52,177 bases of DNA from Chloroflexota bacterium (GCA_034666465.1 JAXDLT010000047.1:1-52177), one strand, 5' to 3'; counted from the first letter of the stretch, positions 26,398 through 36,015 are shown. Notes: generated by a model not told the origin, from the sequence alone. Numbers and translations are program-made.

Positions 26398-27237
26398 TCA
26401 GCCGCCGGCGGCCGGGCGCAGCGCGATGCCGAACTCGACGGCGAACGCCCGCCGTGGCGCGACGACACCGGCCAGCTCGGTGGGCCGGGGGGTGACGACC
26501 AGCTCGGGCTTCACGGCGCCGATGACGTCGTCCTCCAACCAGGGATCGCCGGCGATGAAGAGCATGGTGGTCAGCGCCTCGTGGCCCTCGGCGCTCGCCT
26601 TCACGTGGATGTGCGCGGGGCGGTTGTCGTGCCGGCCGAGCGAGGTGAGGAGGGCGGAGACGGGGCCGCCGGTGGTCGCGATCCGGTACGGACCGGGGAC
26701 GACGGTGCGCACCTCGTACCGCCCCTGCGCGTCGCACCGCACGCGTCCGCGCAGGTTGTACTCGGGCTGCGCGGGATCCTGATTCTCGTAGAGACCGTGC
26801 TGGTTGGCCTGCCAGACGTCGAGGACCGCGCCCGCCAGGGGCGCGCCCGACACCGCCTCGACGACCCGTCCGCGCATCAGCAGCGCATCCTCCCCCTGGT
26901 CGGCGTGGTCGAGCACCGCGGGGGTGTCGAGGATCGGGGCACCGGGCCGGTGGAGCGGACCCTCGACGTTGCTCGGCGTCGCTCCTCCGGCATCGGCCGG
27001 CTGGCCGAGCGCGTCGACCAGGATCGAGGTGTGGGTGACGTCGCTCAGGAGCATGAACTCCTCGGCCCCGCCCACCTCGGTGAGGAAGCGGACCAGCGCG
27101 TGGAGCTCCGGCTCGGTGAGGCGCAGCTCGCGGACCAGCTCGTGGACGGCGGTGACGGCGCGGAGGACGCAGGCACGCAGCCGCTCGGTCGTCTCGGGGC
27201 CGGTGGTGAGGCGGGGGGGAGTGGTCGCAGAGGTCAT
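26398..27237 (-). CDS. Intradiol ring-cleavage dioxygenase (hydroxyquinol/catechol 1,2-dioxygenase family)
   Basis: 279 aa. The Dioxygenase_N-like region reads LTEPELHALVRFLTEVG. Also present: VLDVWQANQHGLYENQ, GRYEVRTVVPGPY and RPAHIHVKASAEGH. AGGAG lies 8 nt before the ATG. Confidence 0.9.
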   Translation of the reverse strand: MTSATTPPRLTTGPETTERLRACVLRAVTAVHELVRELRLTEPELHALVRFLTEVGGAEEFMLLSDVTHTSILVDALGQPADAGGATPSNVEGPLHRPGAPILDTPAVLDHADQGEDALLMRGRVVEAVSGAPLAGAVLDVWQANQHGLYENQDPAQPEYNLRGRVRCDAQGRYEVRTVVPGPYRIATTGGPVSALLTSLGRHDNRPAHIHVKASAEGHEALTTMLFIAGDPWLEDDVIGAVKPELVVTPRPTELAGVVAPRRAFAVEFGIALRPAAGG

Positions 27238-27258
27238 CTCGTCGTCTCCTGGACCGGG

Positions 27259-28347
27259 TCAGCGCTGTGTGGCGGCGAGGCGGGTGGCCGGCGGGCTGCC
27301 TCGATATGCATCGTCGAGCATCGCGCGAATGCGGTCGCGGCCGCCGGCGAGGGGATCGTCCTCGCTGACGGCGGCGATGCGGTCGGCGGCCTCGTCGAGC
27401 GCGCCGGCGGGCATGCCGACCCCGGCGAGCGCGGTGGGCAGGCGCATGGACGACGCCAGGTCGAAGAGCGCCTCGGCCGGCTCGCCGCCGAGCACCGCGG
27501 CGAGCTGCGCCATCGCACGGGGAGCGCGCGGCGACACCAGCGCGACGGCGTGGGGGAGCACGATGCCGTGGGTCTCGGCGTGGGGCAGGTTCCAGCCGCC
27601 GCCGAGGACGTGGCAGGTTCGGTGGTGGATGCCGGTGCCGACCTGGGCGAGCGCGGTGCCGGCCAGGCAGGCTCCGGTGAGGCACTCGGCGTGCCCGGCG
27701 ACGTCCCCGGGGTCGGCGACGACGCGCGGCAGGCCGTGCAGGAGGCGGCGCATTCCCTCGACGGCCAGGGCCGAGGTGATCGGGTTGGCGGCGGTCACCC
27801 AGAGTGCCTCGGCGCAGTGGGCGAGCGCGTTCATGCCCGACGCGCCCGCGAGCCCTGCCGGCATCCCGACGCAGAGGTCGGGGTCGTAGACGACGGCGCG
27901 GGGAAGAACCCGGAGGTCGCGTCCGGTCTCCTTGCGGCCGTCGCGCGTGCGCCCATGGATCGGCGTCATCTCCGACCCCGAGTACGTCGTCGGGACGGCC
28001 ACGAGCGGCACGTCGAGCTCGAGAACGACGGCCTTGCCGAGGCCGGTGGCGGAGCCGCCCCCCACGCTGACGACGGCGTCCGCCGCGGCGGCGCGGCCAC
28101 GCTCGATCGCCTGGATCGCGACGAGCTCGGGCACGTGCTGCGCAGAGCCGGGGATGACGGCGGCAACCCGGTCGCCGAGCTGGGCACCGATGCTCGCGAG
28201 CGCGGCAGCGGTGGACCGGCCGCCGGCGATGAGCAGGACGCGTCGCGCCCCGAGCCGCTCGACCTCGGCCCCGACACGGCCGAGGGCGCCGCGGCCGGAG
28301 ACGACCCGCGCGGGCAGCGCCTCCCATGTGTACGGCTCGCCGGTCAC
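27259..28347 (-). CDS. Maleylacetate reductase (iron-containing alcohol dehydrogenase family)
   Basis: This is the C-terminal 362 aa of ORF 27259..29415, with VVSVGGGSATGLGKAV, LVAVPTTYSGSEMT, MNALAHCAEAL and GIHHRTCHVLGG. GTG 28347 overlaps the TGA of the DUF429 gene (GTGA). Confidence 0.85.
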   Translation of the reverse strand: MTGEPYTWEALPARVVSGRGALGRVGAEVERLGARRVLLIAGGRSTAAALASIGAQLGDRVAAVIPGSAQHVPELVAIQAIERGRAAAADAVVSVGGGSATGLGKAVVLELDVPLVAVPTTYSGSEMTPIHGRTRDGRKETGRDLRVLPRAVVYDPDLCVGMPAGLAGASGMNALAHCAEALWVTAANPITSALAVEGMRRLLHGLPRVVADPGDVAGHAECLTGACLAGTALAQVGTGIHHRTCHVLGGGWNLPHAETHGIVLPHAVALVSPRAPRAMAQLAAVLGGEPAEALFDLASSMRLPTALAGVGMPAGALDEAADRIAAVSEDDPLAGGRDRIRAMLDDAYRGSPPATRLAATQR

Positions 28348-29117
28348 GGTGTCGGGAGGTGGTGGAGACGGATCCTCTCCGCCAGCCTGGGAAGGCTCCC
28401 TCGTCTCGGGAGGGCGATCCAGCCCTCGACCGCCGCCAGCTCGCGCTGTTCCGGCGGGATGTCGTGGCAGAGGCCGGCGATCCTGGCTCGTGCGACGAGG
28501 CTCGCCACCAGGGCGTCGAACGCGTTGTCGTTCCGCGCGATGCAGCGCCAGTGCTCGTCGTCGCCGCGAAGCCACGGGGCCGCGTCGCGGAGGCCGGCCA
28601 CCAGGGTGGCGAGGGCGGCCGCCCCGGCGAGGCGCTTGTACCTCGTCGCCGTGAGCCCCCAGACCCGCAGGGCGCCCGCCGGGTAGACCTCGACGATGGG
28701 ACCGTCCCCGGTCCGATCGATCCCGGTGAGGAGCCTGGCCATGCGCATCGTCGGGTAGGCGATCCTGTCCGTCGAGACGCTGAGCGGGCGCCGGCCGGTC
28801 ACCTCCCGGACCGCCAGGTCCGTCGCTCGCAGCTCGAGAACGTGGGGGCCGTGCTCGCCCCAGGCCTCGCCTCGGTGGTGCCGTGAGAGCGCGCTCACGA
28901 AGGCGTCCGGCCAGCCCAGCGGCACGTCGATGCCGGTCTTGTCCGCCTGCTCTCCGATGATCGCGCGGATGGTGTCGTCGGTGACGCCCTCTGCGATCCG
29001 GCGGATGGCGGCTTCCCCGTGCTTCCACTCCACCCAGCAGGCGGCGGTGCCCTCCGACCGACTCGCCACGTCCAGGCCCACGGTCAGCATGGCGGTATGG
29101 TGCCAGCACCGGCTCAC
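28344..29117 (-). CDS. DUF429-family protein (predicted RNase-H-like fold, function unknown)
   Basis: 257 aa with LTVGLDVASRSEG, GIDVPLGWP, EVYPAGALRVWG, NAFDALVASLVA and EGWIALP. These match my recollection of DUF429. The start may be ATG 29090 (MLTVGLD). Confidence 0.7.
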   Translation of the reverse strand: MSRCWHHTAMLTVGLDVASRSEGTAACWVEWKHGEAAIRRIAEGVTDDTIRAIIGEQADKTGIDVPLGWPDAFVSALSRHHRGEAWGEHGPHVLELRATDLAVREVTGRRPLSVSTDRIAYPTMRMARLLTGIDRTGDGPIVEVYPAGALRVWGLTATRYKRLAGAAALATLVAGLRDAAPWLRGDDEHWRCIARNDNAFDALVASLVARARIAGLCHDIPPEQRELAAVEGWIALPRRGSLPRLAERIRLHHLPTP

Positions 29118-29185
29118 GCCGGTGGTGAGCCCGCCGCAGCGCCGCCGGACACCGGCCGGCTGCGAAAGACGCTGAGAGGGACCGA

Positions 29186-30001
<816 letters not shown>

Positions 30002-30899
30002 GCCGCAGACCGACCTGGAGGCTCCGCCGGCCTGGCGGACCTTCCCCAGCCGGCTCACGACGCTCTGCCTGGTCGAGCTGCGCAAGATCCGCCACGACCG
30101 GACCGAGCTCTACACCCGAGCCATCCAGCCGGCGCTCTGGCTGCTCATCTACGGCGAGACGATGTCGCAGCTCCGCGCCATCCCCACCGGCGGCCGCTCC
30201 TACCTCGACTTCCTCGCCCCGGGGATCATGGCCCAGTCGGCGCTCTTCATCGCCATCTTCTTCGGCATCCAGATCATCTGGGAGCGGGACGCCGGCATCC
30301 TCACCAAGCTGCTCACCACGCCCACCTCGCGCGCGGCGCTGGTCTGCGGCAAGGCCTTCGCCGCCGGCGCCCGCGCCACCCCCCAGGTGATCATCGTCCT
30401 CGCCCTCAGCGCGATCCTGCGCATCGGGCTCGACTGGAACCCGCTCCACCTCCTCGGCACGCTGGTCGTGGTGGTGCTCGGCGCCGCGTTCTTCTCGCTG
30501 CTCTCGGTGTCGATCGCGGGCGTGGTGCTGAAGCGCGACCGCCTCATGGGCATCGGCCAGGCCATCACCATGCCCCTCTTCTTCGCCTCCAACGCCCTCT
30601 ATCCGGCGCAGCTCATGCCCGGCTGGCTGCGCGGGCTGAGCACGGTGAACCCGCTGAGCTACGAGGTCGACGCTCTCCGCGGCATGCTCCTGGGCACCCC
30701 GAGCGCCCTCGCCCTCGACCTCGCGGTCCTCGTCGCCGCGACGGTCGCCGCCGTGGCGGTCGCCTCCGCTCTGCTCCACCGGCTGGCCCAGTAGCCGGCC
30801 GGCGCCGGCGCCACCCGGACAGCCGCTCCCGCCCCAGCCCAGCCCGCCGCGCCGCAGGATCGCGGGATTCGGCACCCTGCCCCACCCTCTCCGGCATCG

Positions 30900-32090
30900 T
30901 CACGGCTCCTCCCCACCGGCACCGACCTCGACGCGCTCGAGCAGGGCGCGACTCCGACTGCGCAGGTCGCCGAGAGCCGGACCGAGCCGACCGCGGACGA
31001 TGCGCACCAGCTCGGCGAAGTCCTCTGCGGATCGGGTCGCATCGTCGACCTCCCGGACGGCGTCCGCCAGTGCCGCGCGCGCCGGGGCGGCGTGCGGGTT
31101 GGCGTGCTGGATGCGCCGATAGAGCTCCGGCTCGGCGACGCTGATGCGGGCGACGAGCAGGAGAAGTGCCTGGAAGGGAGGCGTTGCCAGCCGCCAGCCG
31201 CCCTCGCCCGTCAGAGCGGCGAGGGCGCGACCGACCGCCAGGATGGCGGCATGGACCACCGCCTGGGTGAGCGCCACCTCGCGGTCGTGCTCGTCGGCCC
31301 CCAGCCTCACCACCGTCGCGCCGGCCGCCTCCACGATGGCGAGGAGCTGCCGCGTGTGGGGCCCCGACCGGAGCGGCACGGCGGCCACGCGCCTCCCGGC
31401 GAAGCCGAGGTCCGGGGAGAACAGCGGGTTGAGGCTCAGGATCTCGACGTCGCCGCGGGCACCCCCGGCCCACGTCGCGACCGGGGTCTTCACCGACGTC
31501 GTGTCGGCGATCAGCGCCCCCCGCGGCAGCGACCGATGGAGCACCTCCATCACCGCCACCGCCCCGGCGTCGGGCACGCAGACGACCACCCAGTCGCAGC
31601 GGGCGGCGGCGGCCTCGACGGCACCTCCCGGGCACGTCGCATCGCCGACGATGTCTCCCTCCGCGCCGTCCCCACCGGGACGGAGATCCACCCCGACGAC
31701 CTCGACTCCCGCCCCCCGCAGCAGCTCCGCCATCGATGCCCCCACGCCGCCGCGGGCGCCGACGACCATCGCGCGCGCGACCGGTCCTCGATGCGGAGGA
31801 CGTCCGCTGCCCGCGATCTCCCGCACGATCTCGTGCTCGCGAGCGCAGGTGGCCGCGATCACCACCTCGTAGACGCTGCGCACGAACTGCGGCTGCAGAC
31901 CGTGGACGACGGCCCGCTCGGAGCAGCGCCGCAGGACTCCCTCGACCCGGGCCCGCTGCATGACGGGAATCCCCTCGCGGGCCTTGTGCCCCGCCACCGC
32001 CTCGCAGATTCGCATCCGCGCCCCCAGAAGGGAGACGAGCTGCTCGTCGATTCCATCGATCTGCGCGCGACAGGAATCGAGGTCGCTCAC
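30900..32090 (-). CDS. Chorismate-mutase (AroQ) / prephenate-dehydrogenase-like fusion protein; candidate PapB-PapC (4-amino-4-deoxychorismate mutase / 4-amino-4-deoxyprephenate dehydrogenase)
   Basis: This is the C-terminal 396 aa of ORF 30900..32300. The AroQ helix reads CRAQIDGIDEQLVSLLGARMRI. The Rossmann motif reads MVVGARGGVGASMAELL. The TyrA-like block reads ILSLNPLFSPD...EHDREVALTQAVVH. GTG 32090 overlaps the PabAB TGA (GTGA). Confidence 0.8.
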   Translation of the reverse strand: MSDLDSCRAQIDGIDEQLVSLLGARMRICEAVAGHKAREGIPVMQRARVEGVLRRCSERAVVHGLQPQFVRSVYEVVIAATCAREHEIVREIAGSGRPPHRGPVARAMVVGARGGVGASMAELLRGAGVEVVGVDLRPGGDGAEGDIVGDATCPGGAVEAAAARCDWVVVCVPDAGAVAVMEVLHRSLPRGALIADTTSVKTPVATWAGGARGDVEILSLNPLFSPDLGFAGRRVAAVPLRSGPHTRQLLAIVEAAGATVVRLGADEHDREVALTQAVVHAAILAVGRALAALTGEGGWRLATPPFQALLLLVARISVAEPELYRRIQHANPHAAPARAALADAVREVDDATRSAEDFAELVRIVRGRLGPALGDLRSRSRALLERVEVGAGGEEP

Positions 32091-34228
32091 CGTCGAGCCT
32101 CCGCGCCGGTGCGCAGAAGCCTCAGAGAGCGAGCCAGCGCTGCGGCCTTGAGCATGGTCTCGTCGAACTCCAGGTCGGGGTCGGACAGGGCGACGATGGC
32201 GCCCCCGACCCCGATCGTGGTCCGTTCCGGGGTCGCGACCGCGGTTCGGATGACGATGCTCAGCTCGGCGGCCCCATCGAGGCCCAGCCAGCCGATGCAC
32301 CCGGAGTACACCCCACGAGGCCCTGGCTCCAGCCGGTCGAGGATCTCCAGCGTGCGAGCCTTCGGAGCGCCGGTCATCGAGCCCCCGGGAAACGCGGCGC
32401 GCAGGCAGTCGACCACGTTTCGATCAGGACGCAGGAGCCCGCTGACGGTGCTGACGAGGTGATGCACCGTGGCGAACGACTCGACGTCCATCAGGGTGGG
32501 GACGCCGACACTGCCGAGTTGACAGACAGACCCCAGGTCGTTGCGGAGGAGATCGACGATCATGAGGTGCTCGGCTCGGTCCTTCACGCTCGAGGCGAGG
32601 AGGTCGCGCAGCCGTGCATCCTCGGTCGGATCGTCACTGCGCCCTGCGGTTCCCTTGATCGGCTTCGCCGACACACGACCGTCCTGGGTGATGCGCAGGA
32701 ATCGCTCGGGCGAGGACGAGAGCACCGCGAGGGAACCGAAGCGCAGGTACGCCGCGTAGGGGGCCGGGCTCACGCTGCGGAGGATGCGGTAGAGGTCGAG
32801 TGGACGCCGCACCGCGCCCGTGGAGATCTCGTTGGTGAGGCAGATCTCGTAGCTCTCGCCCTCGTCGATCTCGCGCTTGCACCGGGAGATGTCGTCCAGG
32901 TAGCCGGCCCTCTCGCGGCGCAGGGTCAGGGTCGTCGGGCCCTCGTGTCCCCCCGCCGGCGGGCGCGGAGTGGGGGGCGTGCGCTCCAGCCGCACCGTCA
33001 CCTCCTCGAACCATCGCTCCGCTGTGTCGCCATCCCCGGGCGCCGTCAGCGCCACGAGGTGGAGCCTGCTCTCGAGATGGTCGAACACCAGGCAGCGATC
33101 GGCGAGGATGACGGCCGCGTCCGGATACGGCGACGGGTGCGTCGAGGGGTACCCGCAGTCATGCTTGAGCTCATACCCGAGGTAGCCGACGAACCCGCCC
33201 TGGAACTCGAAGGGCAGGTCACCGCTCAACGAGGCGGCGGCCTTCAGCTCGCTGTCGAGCAGGTCGAGGATGCGCCCACTCCACTGCTCGGTGACGCCTC
33301 CACGTGCGACGGTGACCGTGCGCTCCTCCATCTCGTAGATCAGAACGGCGCTGGATGGACCGGTGGCGGACCCCATGTAGCTGAACCGTCCCACCCCGGG
33401 GCCGCGGAGCGCGCTGTCGAGCCAGAAGGCGTGCTGGGCCTCCCCGAAGAGTTCGACGAAGACCGCCTCGGGGTCGTGGAAGACGGAGAGAGCGCGCGTC
33501 GTCAGACGGAGCGCACCCAGGCCCAGGCGCGATCCCGTGCGCCCGGTGTCCCTGCCCGGACGGGTCACGCAGTGAGCGTCAGCGCCGGGATCCGTCCAGC
33601 CCGCGCGCTCGGGCTGCGCAGCTCGCCGGTCGGCGCGAACGGCGGAGCCGTGGGCGTGGCTCAGGGCGAGGAAATTGTGGATCAGCGTCGTGCCGTGCTC
33701 GGTGCCGATCGACTCGGGATGGAACTGCACTCCCCACAACGGCAGGCTCCGGTGCCGGATGCCCATGAGAACGCCGTCATCGCTCCACGCGGTGACCTCG
33801 AGCTCCTGTGGCACGTCACCGCCGATCGCGAGGGAGTGATAGCGCATGGCCGCGAACCCCTGCGGGATCTCGTGGAACAGCGCGGACCCGTTGTGCGTCA
33901 CCCGGCTGGTGCGTCCGTGCATCGCCTCGGGCGCGTGACCGACGTGCGCGCCGTGGTAGTGGCCGAGACCCTGGTGGCCAAGGCAGACTCCGAGCACGGG
34001 CCGGCCAAGTCCGGTCACCGCAGTCCTGCAGACACCGAAGTCGCGCGCACGACCGGGGTGGCCGGGGCCGGGAGAGACGATGATCGCATCGACGTGGAGC
34101 ATCGCGAGCTCGTCGGGTGTGATCGCGTCGTTTCTCACCACGCGCGGCCATCGTCCCAGCGCCTCACCGACCATCTGAACCAGGTTGAAGGTGAAGGAGT
34201 CGTAGTTGTCGATCACCAGCACGTTCAT
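32087..34228 (-). CDS. pabAB: Fused aminodeoxychorismate synthase (glutamine amidotransferase + chorismate-binding component I)
   Basis: 713 aa. The N-terminal GATase reads MNVLVIDNYDSFTFNLVQ..GVCLGHQ..VQFHPES. The C-terminal chorismate-binding block reads YEICLTNE..PAPYAAYL..SSSPERFL..IKGT..GGSMTGAPK..RGVYSGCIGW. Confidence 0.9.
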   Translation of the reverse strand: MNVLVIDNYDSFTFNLVQMVGEALGRWPRVVRNDAITPDELAMLHVDAIIVSPGPGHPGRARDFGVCRTAVTGLGRPVLGVCLGHQGLGHYHGAHVGHAPEAMHGRTSRVTHNGSALFHEIPQGFAAMRYHSLAIGGDVPQELEVTAWSDDGVLMGIRHRSLPLWGVQFHPESIGTEHGTTLIHNFLALSHAHGSAVRADRRAAQPERAGWTDPGADAHCVTRPGRDTGRTGSRLGLGALRLTTRALSVFHDPEAVFVELFGEAQHAFWLDSALRGPGVGRFSYMGSATGPSSAVLIYEMEERTVTVARGGVTEQWSGRILDLLDSELKAAASLSGDLPFEFQGGFVGYLGYELKHDCGYPSTHPSPYPDAAVILADRCLVFDHLESRLHLVALTAPGDGDTAERWFEEVTVRLERTPPTPRPPAGGHEGPTTLTLRRERAGYLDDISRCKREIDEGESYEICLTNEISTGAVRRPLDLYRILRSVSPAPYAAYLRFGSLAVLSSSPERFLRITQDGRVSAKPIKGTAGRSDDPTEDARLRDLLASSVKDRAEHLMIVDLLRNDLGSVCQLGSVGVPTLMDVESFATVHHLVSTVSGLLRPDRNVVDCLRAAFPGGSMTGAPKARTLEILDRLEPGPRGVYSGCIGWLGLDGAAELSIVIRTAVATPERTTIGVGGAIVALSDPDLEFDETMLKAAALARSLRLLRTGAEARR

Positions 34229-34301
34229 GCGGCGATATTCTGCGTCAGCCCTGCGGTGGGGCCACGCGGCGCGGAGGGAGCGGAGGGGTCCGTGACCCCC
34301 G

Positions 34302-35270
34302 TCAGACGCTCTCGGGCGAGGGTCCGCCGACGGGCACGGCGTCGCGCATGATGTCGTCGATGCGGCTCAGCAGCTCGTCGTCGAGCTCAAGATCCGCGGC
34401 GGCGACGGCGTCGTCGACGTGGTCGGGGCTGCGGGTGCCGACGATGGCGACGTGGACCGCCGGATTGGCCAGCGTCCAGGCGACAGCCAGGCGGCTGACG
34501 CCGACGCCGAGCTCGTCGTGGGCGAGTTGCTCGAGCGCGGCGACCACCTCCAGGTTGCGCCGGTAGGGCTCGCCGCGGAAGACCGTGCTCCTGCCACGCC
34601 AGTCGTCCGGCGTGAAGCGATGGCCGGCGTTGAGGCGGCCGCTCAGCAGACCGTGGGCGAGCGGACCATAGGCGAGGACGCCGATGTCGTGCTCCGTCGT
34701 GTACGGCAGGATCTCCCGTTCGATGTCGCGGCGGAACAGGTGGTACGGGGGCTGGAGCGTCTCGACGGGGAGCGTGGCGCTGAAGGCGTCCATCTCCTCG
34801 GGGCTGAAGTTGGACACGCCGACGTGTCGCACCTTCCCCTCGGCCACCAGCTCGGCGAGAGCGCCCGCGGTCTCCTCGAACGGGATCTTCGGATCCGGCC
34901 AGTGCACCTGATAGAGGTCGACGTACTCGGTGTCGAGCGCGCCGAGGCTCTCCTCGACGCCCTTGCGAATCCACTCCGGGCTGGAGTCCCGCACGATGCC
35001 GTCGCCGGCGGGTCGCAGCCCGCCCTTGGTCGCGACGACGACCTGGTCGCGCGGCCGCCCCTCGAGGGCACGGGCGAGCAGGCGCTCGGAGGCGCCGAAG
35101 CCGTAGCCCTGGGCGGTGTCGAAGAGGGTCACGCCCCGGTCGGCGGCGCGGCGGATCGCGGCGATGGCGGCGGACTCGTCGGTCGTCCCCCAGTCACCCC
35201 CGAGCTGCCAGGTGCCGAAGGCGACGCGCGACACCATGAGGTCGCTCCGTCCCAGCCTGATCTGCCTCAT
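34302..35270 (-). CDS. Aldo/keto reductase
   Basis: ORF 34302..35531. The start is ATG 35270 (MRQIRLGRSDLMVSRVAFGTWQLGG), with GGAGGG 8 nt upstream. Also present: LFDTAQGYGFGASE and YQVHWPD. Confidence 0.9.
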   Translation of the reverse strand: MRQIRLGRSDLMVSRVAFGTWQLGGDWGTTDESAAIAAIRRAADRGVTLFDTAQGYGFGASERLLARALEGRPRDQVVVATKGGLRPAGDGIVRDSSPEWIRKGVEESLGALDTEYVDLYQVHWPDPKIPFEETAGALAELVAEGKVRHVGVSNFSPEEMDAFSATLPVETLQPPYHLFRRDIEREILPYTTEHDIGVLAYGPLAHGLLSGRLNAGHRFTPDDWRGRSTVFRGEPYRRNLEVVAALEQLAHDELGVGVSRLAVAWTLANPAVHVAIVGTRSPDHVDDAVAAADLELDDELLSRIDDIMRDAVPVGGPSPESV

Positions 35271-35472
35271 CGCGCCGCCCTCCGGCCGAAGCCGTGTCAT
35301 CCCGTGGTGTCTCGCATCGTCGCAGCAGGCGTTGCATCGATGTTGCACCGCACCCCAGGGGGGTGACTGGGGACCAGACCAGGGGGCTCCCCGATGCGAA
35401 CACCGCGCCGCGATGTGACCATGGTGTCCACAGTCACACCACCGGGTCCGTAACACGAGCGAGGTACCGACC

Positions 35473-35898
35473 GTGACCAGTGTCGCCGCACCCGCAAGCA
35501 CCGTCCGAGGTCCCTCGATCGATCGGGCCACGGCTGACTACTCCCGGCACCGCGGCGCGTGGCTCGCCGGCCGCCGTCTCCAGGAGGCACGGCGGCGCGC
35601 CGTCCGCGCCGTGGACGCCCTCATCGAGACGGTCGAGGAGATCAACCTGTCCGGCCGTGGCCGGCAGCACGACCCCCTGATCCCCCATCGCCTCCGCCGG
35701 CTCGAGGTCGAGATCGGCCGGCCGGTGCCCGAGGCGGTGCGCCGTGCGCGGAACGCGCACAAGCTGCACGCCGCGCTGATGGACTGGCAGGAGGAGCTCC
35801 TCGACGAGGCGTGCCCCGCCCGCGAGCTCCACGGTGCCGTGGACGAGGCCCCGACGGAGCGGTTGGTGGACTGGTCACGCGGCGAGGACCCGGCCTGA
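35473..35898 (+). CDS. Hypothetical protein (helical, charged; no family recognised)
   Basis: 141-aa ORF with a GTG start, high GC3 and balanced composition (..LIETVEEINLSGRGRQHDPLIPHRLRRLEVEIG..LHAALMDWQEELLDEA..). It is divergent from the AKR-pabAB operon. Confidence 0.5.
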   Translation: MTSVAAPASTVRGPSIDRATADYSRHRGAWLAGRRLQEARRRAVRAVDALIETVEEINLSGRGRQHDPLIPHRLRRLEVEIGRPVPEAVRRARNAHKLHAALMDWQEELLDEACPARELHGAVDEAPTERLVDWSRGEDPA

Positions 35899-36015
35899 GC
35901 ACACGTGCTCCAGCACCCTGGGGACGCGAGCCCGCCGCCGCCGGATCACCGTCCCAGGCGAGGTCGTTCCCGGAGATGCGGGGCTTCCACCCGGTTCCCT
36001 CCGCCGGTCCAGCCG

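Noticed and set aside
25982-28327. 781-aa ORF spanning the Zn-ribbon, intradiol dioxygenase and reductase region. Similar N-terminal extensions of track ORFs occur at 24032..24802, 24445..26274, 27259..29415, 30900..32300, 34302..35531, 38972..40276, 43760..44821, 44245..45219 and 48247..50925.
   Set aside because: Only the C-terminal portions are protein-like. Internal ATG/GTG codons with SD-like sequences or stop/start overlaps give products of canonical family length, and the upstream parts are Arg/Pro-rich read-through of neighbouring genes in another frame.
30795-30899. GC-rich palindrome GGCGCCGGCGCC between the convergent ABC permease and CM-PDH genes, as a terminator.
   Set aside because: It is a self-complementary 12-mer without a loop and is typical of random GC-rich sequence. 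It is not a credible stem-loop.
35271-35472. Several short symmetric elements in the AKR/hypothetical divergent intergenic region: CATCGATG, TGTGACCATGGT...GTCACA, and repeated CCAGGGG.
   Set aside because: They are individually short or imperfect, and I could not assemble them into a consistent operator or riboswitch-like structure. They may be LAL binding sites, but that would be speculation.
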